48,568 nucleotides of DNA from Candidatus Woesearchaeota archaeon (GCA_964572995.1 CAZNIA010000002.1:1-48568), one strand, 5' to 3'. Counted from the first letter of the stretch, positions 8,886-16,703 are shown. Notes: generated by a model not told the origin, from the letters alone. Numbers and translations: made by a program.

Positions 8886-11063
8886 ATGCCGCCATATAAA
8901 AAACCAAGTGTTGATGAAATTCTTGCAAATTACGGTAAGAAAATTGAAGGACAAATAAATACAACTGATATTGTAACAACCAAAGACAGTAGGGCTTATT
9001 TAAGATTTAAAGAAGAGACCAAAAAAGAATTTACTAATTATGAAAGATGGTGTAATACCCTTGGGAGCGTTGTTAAGCTTAATCCTTCTAAAAAAGATGA
9101 AGAAAAGATAAAAAAGGATATTGAGATAGCACATATGAATATTGAACCTTGGCAGGCAATAACTTTGAGTGTTGTAGTTTTTGTTGTTGTTTTTTTTATG
9201 GGTTTGCTTTTTTCTCTTGCATATATGTTCATTAGCGAAGCAGGAGATTTTCCCCTTTTATTTTTTGTTCTTATACTTTCTTTAGCTATGTTTTTGTTTT
9301 ATTATTTTAGTGGTTATCCTGCTCGTTTTGCTAATAAATGGAGATTGAAAGCTTCTTCTCAAATGGTTCCAGCAATACTTTACGTTGTAGTATACATGAG
9401 GCATACAGCTAATTTAGAGAAAGCAATAGCATTCGCTTCTGAACATTTGCAATATCCTCTTGCATTGGATTTTAAAAAAATATTTTATAATGTTGAAATA
9501 GGGAAATTTCCAACGATAAAAGAGAGTTTGGATCATTATCTTGAAGGATGGAGAGAGTATTCAACTGAATTTATAGAATCATTTCATTTAATTGAGAGCA
9601 GCTTGTATGAGCCAGATAGAGTCAGAAGAATATCTACTTTGGAAAAAGCAATTCAAGTAGTATTAGATGGGGTTTATGATAAGATGCTTAAATTTACTCA
9701 TGATGTGAAGGCTCCATTAACTAATGTATACATGCTTGCAATAATGCTCCCTATCTTGGGAATTGCTTTAATCCCTTTAGCATCTGCAATGGTTCAAGGA
9801 ATGATAAAATGGTCTCATGTTTTTATTTTATACACTATGATAATTCCTTTTTTAGCATTTTTTATGTTGGATAAGATACTCGCTTTAAGACCAGGAGGAC
9901 ATGGTGAAACTTCTTATCTTGAAAAAAATCCATTATATCCTCAATATAAATCAAATGGGCCTTATGTTTATGCTTTTTTAATTTGTCTTCCATTTATTCT
10001 TTTAAGTTTGCTTCCTTTAATTTTTCAATATACCCCTATACCAGATATTTTAGGATTACAGAAAGATTATTCTTTTGCAGATTTAGGTTTGGAGTTTGAA
10101 GGAGCAGCGCAGATAATGCTTTTTGATTTTAAAGCAACAGAAAATGGCTTTGCTGGACCTTTTGGAGCTGTTTCTCTTTTTTTAAGTTTGTTTTTTCCGT
10201 TGGGGGTAGCTTTGTTTTTTGCAATAGCTTATAAAGATAAAACAGAAAATATAATTGTTGAAAGAAATAAGACTCATCAATTGGAGAGAGAATTTAATAA
10301 TTCTTTATTTCAGTTAGGAAATAGATTAGGGGATGGAACTCCTCCTGAACTTGTTTTTGGCAAAGTTGCAGAATCTTCTAAAGGGCTTATAACCGGAGAA
10401 TTTTTCAAAAGAGTCAATTATAATATTCAACAAATGGGTATGAGCGTAGAGAAATCTATCTTTGATTCTAGAAGAGGAGTTATCTTGTTTTATCCTTCAG
10501 ATTTAATTGCAACTAGCATGAGAGTTCTTGTGGAATCTTCCAAGAAAGGACTTAAAATAGCAGCAGTAAGTTTAATGAGTATCTCAGAGTATGTTAAAAA
10601 TATACAAAAAATAACTGAACGTCTAAAAGATATCTTAGCTGAGATAGTTTCTGAAATGAAAAGTAACATGACTTTTTTGGCACCTTTACTTTCAGGAATA
10701 GTAATAGGTTTAGCTTTGATGATTACTTCTATTCTTAATGTTTTGGAAACGTTCATGGATTCTGCAGGTATAGATGCATCCTTGTCTTCTCAGCTTACCC
10801 AAATTCTATCTATGTTTAATGTTACGGACATGATTCCTCCTTATTATTTGCAGATAGCAATTGGTGTTTATCTTATAGAAGTAATATTTATTTTAACTGG
10901 AACATTGGTTACAATAGATTCAGGAGAAGATGAACTGGAGAAGACAAACAAGATAGGACAGAATCTTAAAAAAGGCATTGTGTTTTACTTTTTAACAGCA
11001 TTTTTCTCTTCTTTAGCTCTTTTTGCACTTTCGATTATAGTTATAGGGGGAATGGGAGGTTAA
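8886..11063 (+). CDS. polytopic membrane protein, candidate FlaJ/TadC/PilC-like platform
   Basis: 725 aa with about 9 or more hydrophobic helices and two soluble loops. It lies immediately downstream of the ATPase. Homology to FlaJ/PilC was not verified. Confidence 0.5.
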   Translation: MPPYKKPSVDEILANYGKKIEGQINTTDIVTTKDSRAYLRFKEETKKEFTNYERWCNTLGSVVKLNPSKKDEEKIKKDIEIAHMNIEPWQAITLSVVVFVVVFFMGLLFSLAYMFISEAGDFPLLFFVLILSLAMFLFYYFSGYPARFANKWRLKASSQMVPAILYVVVYMRHTANLEKAIAFASEHLQYPLALDFKKIFYNVEIGKFPTIKESLDHYLEGWREYSTEFIESFHLIESSLYEPDRVRRISTLEKAIQVVLDGVYDKMLKFTHDVKAPLTNVYMLAIMLPILGIALIPLASAMVQGMIKWSHVFILYTMIIPFLAFFMLDKILALRPGGHGETSYLEKNPLYPQYKSNGPYVYAFLICLPFILLSLLPLIFQYTPIPDILGLQKDYSFADLGLEFEGAAQIMLFDFKATENGFAGPFGAVSLFLSLFFPLGVALFFAIAYKDKTENIIVERNKTHQLEREFNNSLFQLGNRLGDGTPPELVFGKVAESSKGLITGEFFKRVNYNIQQMGMSVEKSIFDSRRGVILFYPSDLIATSMRVLVESSKKGLKIAAVSLMSISEYVKNIQKITERLKDILAEIVSEMKSNMTFLAPLLSGIVIGLALMITSILNVLETFMDSAGIDASLSSQLTQILSMFNVTDMIPPYYLQIAIGVYLIEVIFILTGTLVTIDSGEDELEKTNKIGQNLKKGIVFYFLTAFFSSLALFALSIIVIGGMGG

Positions 11064-11114
11064 ACTAATTTTTATTTAAGTAAATTTTATTAACTATGTT
11101 TTTTTATATTATCT

Positions 11115-11273
11115 ATGAAAAATAAATGTAAAAAAGGAGTGGTATCAGAATATCTTCCTTGGCTCTTGATTGCATTGGTTCTTTTAGTTGTGGTTATGAT
11201 TTCAATATTTTTTCTTAGAGAAAAAGGAGTTTCTTTGATAGACCAAATTAAAAATATTTTTAGGAGAGGATAA
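11115..11273 (+). CDS. micro-ORF (52 aa), prepilin-like (class III signal peptide)
   Basis: Not in the ORF track. MKNKCKKG|VVSEYLPWLLIALVLLVVVMISIFFL has a charged leader, a KKG cleavage-type site and a hydrophobic helix. Its stop overlaps the next ATG (TAATG). Confidence 0.45.
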   Translation: MKNKCKKGVVSEYLPWLLIALVLLVVVMISIFFLREKGVSLIDQIKNIFRRG

Positions 11274-11437
11274 TGGAACTTACTATAGAGAATTTAATTA
11301 AAATCTTGTTAGGTATTGTGGTTGTGGCTGCTGTTTCTTATGGAATTTATTATTTTTTTAGTAATAATGTAATAGATTTATTTAAAAATGTAGGGGTAAA
11401 TTCCACAGGTAAATTTTTTATGGGACTATTTTTGTGA
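11273..11437 (+). CDS. micro-ORF (54 aa), single-TM protein
   Basis: Not in the ORF track. MELTIENLIKILLGIVVVAAVSYGIYYFF... It is chained to both neighbours with 0-1 nt spacing. Confidence 0.4.
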   Translation: MELTIENLIKILLGIVVVAAVSYGIYYFFSNNVIDLFKNVGVNSTGKFFMGLFL

Positions 11438-11438
11438 A

Positions 11439-11945
11439 ATGATACCATTTAATAAAAAAGGCTTTTTATTGGCAGAAGAAACATTGAAAATAATTATTGC
11501 AGTTATATGTGTACTTTTTTTAGTTTATCTTTTAGCTGCATTATATAATACTAATTCTTCTGATAAAAAATTGAATCAAGCTAAAGAAGTCCTTACTGTT
11601 ACTGATGAAGATTCGAGAAGTATTGAAGCTATTATTTTATCTTTAAAGGAAGGAGATGAGGAAGTAAAGGATATTTCACAACCTTCTGGGTGGTATCTAT
11701 ATAGTTTTGTTGGACAGGAGAGACCTAATTCCTGTTTAAATCAGAGGTGTTTATGTATCTGTCAAAAACCACTTATTGAAAAAATTAATTCTCGTGCTGA
11801 AAAATGTGATGATAAAGGGGTTTGTTTAGTTGTTCCTAATCTTGCAGCATCTGAAATTAACTTGAAGATTGGTTCAGGTAGGAGCGCATTATTTTTAGAA
11901 ATTAAAAAACAAAGCGGCAAAGTTTTCATAGAGGAGAGAATATGA
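11439..11945 (+). CDS. prepilin-like protein with a bacterial-style G|F...E5 N-terminus and a Cys-rich globular part
   Basis: MIPFNKKG|FLLAEETLKIIIAVICVLFLVYLL. Cys cluster CLNQRCLCICQ...CDDKGVC. Confidence 0.6.
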   Translation: MIPFNKKGFLLAEETLKIIIAVICVLFLVYLLAALYNTNSSDKKLNQAKEVLTVTDEDSRSIEAIILSLKEGDEEVKDISQPSGWYLYSFVGQERPNSCLNQRCLCICQKPLIEKINSRAEKCDDKGVCLVVPNLAASEINLKIGSGRSALFLEIKKQSGKVFIEERI

Positions 11946-12043
11946 GTTTTGATGAGGTAATAAAGTATTTAATCTGGATAATCTTTTTTGGTCTGGCTAT
12001 TGTAGGGATTATAGCTTTACTTAAAAAAATGGGTGTTGCATAA
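11942..12043 (+). CDS. micro-ORF (33 aa), single-TM protein
   Basis: Not in the ORF track. MSFDEVIKYLIWIIFFGLAIVGIIALLKKMGVA. Its ATG overlaps the upstream stop (ATGA), and its stop lies 1 nt before the next ATG. Confidence 0.35.
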   Translation: MSFDEVIKYLIWIIFFGLAIVGIIALLKKMGVA

Positions 12044-12044
12044 A

Positions 12045-12989
12045 ATGATTGAAAAAAAAGGAGAAATAACTACACAGCAGATTGTTTTATTGATAATTTT
12101 AATAGTTAGTTTTATTGTTATTCTTCTTCTGATTGTGGGATTTGATTTTTTTGCTCAGTCAGATAAAGAGATCTGTCACAATTCTGTTGTTATGAGGGGA
12201 ACAAAACTTCCTGATGCTGTAACTCCTTTAGATTGTTCAAGAGAGTATATTTGCATAAGCGAAGACGGAAGTTGCGAAAAGATGATTAAACCAGATGTTA
12301 TTAAAGTTAAAACAAAAGAAGAAGTTTATTCTGTTCTTGCAGAAAAGATGGCTGATTGTTGGTGGATGTTTGGAGAGGGAAAAATAAATTATGTTGATCC
12401 GGCATGGAAAAAGAAAAATTATTGTTCAATTTGTACTCAATTAGTTTTGGACAACAGCTTAGAAAATCTAGAAGGAATAGATGGAAAAATAAATCAGGAT
12501 AATTTTTATGCTTATCTTTCTAAAACTAAGATGCCTGATAAAGATGAAAGTTATGCCGCATATCTTTTTGGAGGAGAGGATATAGAGAGACTAAAAAGAG
12601 ATTTATCTAGAAGAGCAGGGCAAGAAGTTACTTTTGGAGAGATTGAATTTAATAAGCCGTATTTTATAGTTATGGGAATTACAAGTGAAGTTAATAGGTA
12701 TACTTGGTATCTTGGAGGAGCAGTCATTGGAGGAGTAGCAGTTATTGGTGCAGCTACGGGAGGGCTTGGCGTTGCAACTGTTTTTACTATTTTAGCAGGA
12801 AATGTAGCAGGAGGAGCAGTTATTGGAGAAGGAGGAATTCAATTTTCTGATTTACTTTCTCCTAAGATAGGAGCAATAGTTGTTGATGGAGACGGCATAA
12901 ACAATAAATTTATGGTCCCTACAATTCAAGAAGCAACTTCAAATGAATTTGATTTATTAAGTTGCGATGAGATAATAACTACCGCTTAG
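12045..12989 (+). CDS. prepilin-like protein (314 aa) with a Cys-containing globular domain and a Gly-rich hydrophobic C-terminal segment
   Basis: MIEKKG|EITTQQIVLLIILIVSFIVILLLIV. The track start at 12033 is a GTG. Gly-zipper-like GGAVIGGVAVIGAATGGLGVATVFTILAGNVAGGAVIGEGG. Confidence 0.6.
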   Translation: MIEKKGEITTQQIVLLIILIVSFIVILLLIVGFDFFAQSDKEICHNSVVMRGTKLPDAVTPLDCSREYICISEDGSCEKMIKPDVIKVKTKEEVYSVLAEKMADCWWMFGEGKINYVDPAWKKKNYCSICTQLVLDNSLENLEGIDGKINQDNFYAYLSKTKMPDKDESYAAYLFGGEDIERLKRDLSRRAGQEVTFGEIEFNKPYFIVMGITSEVNRYTWYLGGAVIGGVAVIGAATGGLGVATVFTILAGNVAGGAVIGEGGIQFSDLLSPKIGAIVVDGDGINNKFMVPTIQEATSNEFDLLSCDEIITTA

Positions 12990-13023
12990 ATAATTTTATT
13001 AATAAGATTTTCATGTTTTTATT

Positions 13024-13440
13024 ATGAATAAAAGAGGAACTATTTTAGTGGAGAATATTGTTTTTTTAATCTTAAATTTACTTTTTCTTTCAATTCTTGT
13101 TTTGTTTTTATTAAGGCAGGGAGGAGGTGCTATTGTTTTGGAAGAAGCGTATTCAAAACAGATAGCAATGGTTATTGATTCTGCAAAGCCAGTTATGATA
13201 ATTCAATTAGATATGGAAAAAGCAAGAAAACTTGCAGAATCAAGAGGAATAGATTTTTCAGAAGCAGTTAAAATAGATGGGAATGTTGTAAGAGTTAAAT
13301 TAACTCAAAAGAGCGGATATTCTTATTCTTTTTTTAATGATGTGGAAGTTTCTTCTAGGGCAATTAAAGATAGTAAAGGAAAATATACTGGGATGTATTT
13401 ATTTTTTGTACAAGAAAAAGGGGTTAATTCAAATGGATAA
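13024..13440 (+). CDS. prepilin-like protein
   Basis: MNKRG|TILVENIVFLILNLLFLSILVLFLL, with Glu at +5 after the putative cleavage site. Confidence 0.6.
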   Translation: MNKRGTILVENIVFLILNLLFLSILVLFLLRQGGGAIVLEEAYSKQIAMVIDSAKPVMIIQLDMEKARKLAESRGIDFSEAVKIDGNVVRVKLTQKSGYSYSFFNDVEVSSRAIKDSKGKYTGMYLFFVQEKGVNSNG

Positions 13441-13494
13441 AAAAGAAAATATAAAATTTTCAATTTTACCTTTTATAAAAAAAGATAAAAAAGG
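13433..13494 (+). repeat. 62-nt direct repeat, copy 1 (5' end of a prepilin-like gene)
   Basis: ATGGATAAAAAAGAAAATATAAAATTTTCAATTTTACCTTTTATAAAAAAAGATAAAAAAGG. It differs from copy 2 at 2 positions by hand alignment. Confidence 0.85.
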
Positions 13495-14020
13495 TGCAGA
13501 TAAAATTCTCTCAATTTACTGGTTTGTTGTTTTAACTCTTGTGGCTGGAGGGGTTTTTGCAATGGTATATGTTTTTTATGGTGCTCCTTCAGATGTTAGA
13601 GAAATCGAAGCAGAATTGCTTGCGCAGAAATTAGCACATTGCATTTCTAGGAATGGTTTAATTGAAGAGAATCTTTTTTTGAATGGGAAGTTTAATCCAG
13701 TTATAAGAACATATTTTACAGATAGATGCGGAATTACCTTTAATGTTGAAGAAGGGTATGCAGATGAAAACCAGATACAATATTTTTATGATATTGAATT
13801 TTACAGTGTACAGGATTTAGTTAATCCAGAGTTTGTAATCTCAGATGGAAATCTTAATTGGAAAGGAGAGTGTTTTATTGAAAAAAGTAATTCTAAAGAT
13901 TATCTTAGATTAGTTAAATGTAAGGAAAGAAGGTTTTATGCTGTTGATAGCGGAAAGAATCAATATTTAATTAAAATTTTATCCGGGGTAGGTAAATCTG
14001 AAAAAAATGTTAGAAAATAA
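13433..14020 (+). CDS. prepilin-like protein with a 21-aa leader (paralogue A)
   Basis: MDKKENIKFSILPFIKKDKKG|ADKILSIYWFVVLTLVAGGVFAMVYVF. The start is chosen by comparison with the paralogue at 14266 and overlaps the upstream stop by 8 nt. Confidence 0.6.
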   Translation: MDKKENIKFSILPFIKKDKKGADKILSIYWFVVLTLVAGGVFAMVYVFYGAPSDVREIEAELLAQKLAHCISRNGLIEENLFLNGKFNPVIRTYFTDRCGITFNVEEGYADENQIQYFYDIEFYSVQDLVNPEFVISDGNLNWKGECFIEKSNSKDYLRLVKCKERRFYAVDSGKNQYLIKILSGVGKSEKNVRK

Positions 14021-14273
14021 GAAAGCTCAAGTTGGTGAAACTATTACTTGGATAATAGCAACAATAATATTAATTGGAATTTTAATTGTATTTTTGTTTA
14101 TTTCTGTTTCTTTATCTAAATTAAAGTCGTTTAAAGCAGATATTAAAGTTAATTCAGAAGAATCGGTTGACTGGATAGAGCTTAAGACAGAAATGGCTTA
14201 CTCTATTAGTTCAGAGAATAAAAATAGAATAAATCTTTGGATTTCCAAAGAAGGGGTATATGATGATGGATAA
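14007..14273 (+). CDS. prepilin-like protein
   Basis: MLENKKA|QVGETITWIIATIILIGILIVFLFI. Confidence 0.6.
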   Translation: MLENKKAQVGETITWIIATIILIGILIVFLFISVSLSKLKSFKADIKVNSEESVDWIELKTEMAYSISSENKNRINLWISKEGVYDDG

Positions 14274-14327
14274 AAAAGAAAATTTAAAATTTTCAATTTT
14301 ACCTTTTATAAAAAAAGATAAAAGAGG
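14266..14327 (+). repeat. 62-nt direct repeat, copy 2
   Basis: ATGGATAAAAAAGAAAATTTAAAATTTTCAATTTTACCTTTTATAAAAAAAGATAAAAGAGG. Confidence 0.85.
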
Positions 14328-14586
14328 AGATATTCCTTTAACTGTTTTAGTTATAGGCGTTTTTGCAGTTTGTATTTTAGCTTTAATTAGTTTTATTTAT
14401 GTTTCTTATAAAGTGAATAAATCTTTTGTAGGTATTGAGATAATGGAGAATGCAAATGCACAAATAGAAGAAGGTCAGCTTAATCATATTTATCTTTATA
14501 AAAAAGTTACGAAGTTGTCTCCTGAATGGGGTTTTGATTGGTTTAAAGAAAGAATAATTTTTTCTGTTGAATATAATCCCAGATAG
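14266..14586 (+). CDS. prepilin-like protein with a 21-aa leader (paralogue B)
   Basis: MDKKENLKFSILPFIKKDKRG|DIPLTVLVIGVFAVCILALISFIYV. The first 62 nt are near-identical to 13433-13494. Confidence 0.6.
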   Translation: MDKKENLKFSILPFIKKDKRGDIPLTVLVIGVFAVCILALISFIYVSYKVNKSFVGIEIMENANAQIEEGQLNHIYLYKKVTKLSPEWGFDWFKERIIFSVEYNPR

Positions 14587-14663
14587 ATTTTATATTAAAA
14601 ATATTGAAAGAAAGGTTTTTAAATAAGTGTTGAGTAAATAAATTATTAAATAACAAAAAGAAG

Positions 14664-14999
14664 ATGATAAACAAAAAAGGTCAAGGTATGAGTATAAGCA
14701 CAATAGTGCTTCTTGTTTTGGGGCTTATTATACTAGTTGTATTGGTTTTAGGATTTGTTCTTGGATGGGATAAAATTGTTCCATGGATAGGGGGGGGAAC
14801 TAATTTAAACAATATTGCTACTGCTTGTACAACTGCTTGTTCTACAAATGCAGTATATGATTATTGTTCTATTATGAGAGAAGTTAAGGATGGGGAAAAT
14901 GATAAGTTTGAAGCTAATTGTAATGATTTAGCTACTAAACCTCAATATGTATCAAGAGGATATGGAATTTCTCCTTGTCCTGCGATAACTTGCCCTTAA
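14664..14999 (+). CDS. prepilin-like protein, candidate major pilin (own promoter, 6 Cys in the mature domain)
   Basis: MINKKG|QGMSISTIVLLVLGLIILVVLVLGFVLGW is a textbook archaeal class III signal peptide. A 77-nt AT-rich spacer with TTTTTAAATA precedes the gene. Confidence 0.7.
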   Translation: MINKKGQGMSISTIVLLVLGLIILVVLVLGFVLGWDKIVPWIGGGTNLNNIATACTTACSTNAVYDYCSIMREVKDGENDKFEANCNDLATKPQYVSRGYGISPCPAITCP

Positions 15000-15032
15000 T
15001 TAAATTTTGATTGAATTTATTTATACTTGAAA

Positions 15033-15146
15033 ATGTCTAACTCTGCTGCTTCTGAAAGAAGAAATAAAGGAAAAGATAAACGTAAAGAAAAAAAGAAACA
15101 TCCTTATAGAAAAGGTGGAAAATATAGAGTTGTTGAACTTAAGTAA
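15033..15146 (+). CDS. micro-ORF (37 aa), highly basic peptide
   Basis: Not in the ORF track. MSNSAASERRNKGKDKRKEKKKHPYRKGGKYRVVELK. It lies between the pilin gene and the peptidase gene. No homology recognised. Confidence 0.3.
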   Translation: MSNSAASERRNKGKDKRKEKKKHPYRKGGKYRVVELK

Positions 15147-15176
15147 ATTTATAAATTAAATTTACTACTTTTGTTG

Positions 15177-16022
15177 ATGGCAATAGAAGAGGTGTTTTTG
15201 ATAGTTTTTAGTTTAGTTTGGATTATATTTGCAGTTGTGCAAGATTTAAGAAAAAGAGAAATAGCAAACTGGCTTAATTTTTCTTTTGTGATCTTTGCTT
15301 TAGCATTCAGGTTTTTCTTTTCTTTGTTTACAGAAGAAGGATTCAATTTCTTTTACCAGGGAATTATTGGTTTTGCAATATTTTTTATTGTGGGGAATCT
15401 TCTTTATTATGGAAGAGTATTTGCAGGAGGAGATGCTAAATTAATGATTGCTTTAGGGGCTGTGCTTCCTATGTTTGATAATTTCCCTTCTAACTTATAT
15501 TTTTTCTTGGAATTTCTTTTATTCTTTTTAGTTGTTGGTGCAATTTATGGTGTAATTTTTGGAGTTGCTTTAGCAATAAAACATAGGAAAAACTTTACCA
15601 AGGAGTTTTCAAAACAAATAAAGAAAAGTAAAAATGTTTTTTATTTACTTGTTGTTTTAGGAACATTATTACTTTTTTTGTCTTTTGTTAATTCCCTTTT
15701 CTTTTATCTTGCTATCTTGTTTTTCATTTCTCCTTATATTTATTTTTCTGCAAAAGCAATAGATGAAGCATGTATGGTTAAAGAAGTTGAATCAAGGCTT
15801 CTTACAGAAGGAGATTGGCTTTATTTTAATATAAAAATAGGAAAGCGAGTTATTGAAGCAAGATGGGGTGGATTAAACAAGAGTGAAATAGATTTTTTAA
15901 GAATGCACAAGAAAAAAGTTAAAATAAGAGAGGGAATACCCTTTAGCCCGGTTTTCTTGATAAGCTATGTTTTTATTTTGATTTCTTATTTTTTATTTGA
16001 AGGAATTAAGGTATTCTTTTAG
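15177..16022 (+). CDS. A24-family prepilin/preflagellin peptidase (PibD/FlaK/EppA-like)
   Basis: First catalytic-Asp context AVVQDLRKREIANWL and second AGGDAKLMIAL. Polytopic. GIPFSPVF lies near the C-terminus. The track start at 15171 is a TTG; the ATG is at 15177. Confidence 0.7.
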   Translation: MAIEEVFLIVFSLVWIIFAVVQDLRKREIANWLNFSFVIFALAFRFFFSLFTEEGFNFFYQGIIGFAIFFIVGNLLYYGRVFAGGDAKLMIALGAVLPMFDNFPSNLYFFLEFLLFFLVVGAIYGVIFGVALAIKHRKNFTKEFSKQIKKSKNVFYLLVVLGTLLLFLSFVNSLFFYLAILFFISPYIYFSAKAIDEACMVKEVESRLLTEGDWLYFNIKIGKRVIEARWGGLNKSEIDFLRMHKKKVKIREGIPFSPVFLISYVFILISYFLFEGIKVFF

Positions 16023-16662
16023 GTATGATTATTTTCTTTTCTTCTATTTTTTTATCAATTGGCTTATTTTGTTTTTTCGTAACTGTTTTTTCGTTTAGAA
16101 TATTTTTTATTTCCTCTAATTCTTGTTCTGAAGCTTTGTTTCTTGGAGAATTAATTGATTCATTGGAATAAATTGGGATTACATTTATTATGCTTTCTCC
16201 TAACACAGAAGAAGGAATTATTGATATCTCTTTTAGTTTTAATTTTAGTTTTAATTTTTTGGATATTTTATTTGCAAAAGTGTTTATTTGTTTAGGTATT
16301 TTTTCTGGGTTTGAAATGGGTTTTTTCGGTATTATTATGATATGTCCCTTAGATACCGGATTTATCTCAAGAACAGCAATAGCAAGTTTGTTTTCTTCTA
16401 TTATATAAGATGGAATTTTCTTTTCTACAATTAATCTAAATGGGGTTGTCTTTGTTTGTTCTTCGTAAGAATTTTCTGAATCAGTAGAGCTTTCATTGTT
16501 TCCTATTAATTTATTGTTTTTCAAAAATTCAATAAATTCAGATTCATTCATTTCTTTTATTTTTTTAATTGCATATTCTTTTTTGTCTTCAGGGAAACTG
16601 GATTCTATTTGATTTATTATTTGTTGTTTTAAATCTGATATTTGTTTATTATTGGAAGTCAT
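16006..16662 (-). CDS. HIT-like domain protein lacking the histidine triad, with an N-terminal extension
   Basis: IAVLEINPVSKGHIIIIPKK matches the HIT core (AFLDINPxxxGHxLVIPK). SIINVIPIY sits where HxHxHxx is expected. Confidence 0.45.
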   Translation of the reverse strand: MTSNNKQISDLKQQIINQIESSFPEDKKEYAIKKIKEMNESEFIEFLKNNKLIGNNESSTDSENSYEEQTKTTPFRLIVEKKIPSYIIEENKLAIAVLEINPVSKGHIIIIPKKPISNPEKIPKQINTFANKISKKLKLKLKLKEISIIPSSVLGESIINVIPIYSNESINSPRNKASEQELEEIKNILNEKTVTKKQNKPIDKKIEEKKIIIPKRIP

Positions 16663-16703
16663 AAATATTTAAGAAAATGCTAATTAATAAGGTTTTTGTA
16701 GAT

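Noticed and set aside
13337-13432. 5' extension of ORF 13337..14020 overlapping 13024..13440 by ~100 nt (possible frameshift or pseudogene)
   Set aside because: The paralogue at 14266 and the shared 62-nt repeat place the real start at the ATG at 13433. The extension is simply an upstream in-frame ATG within the preceding gene.
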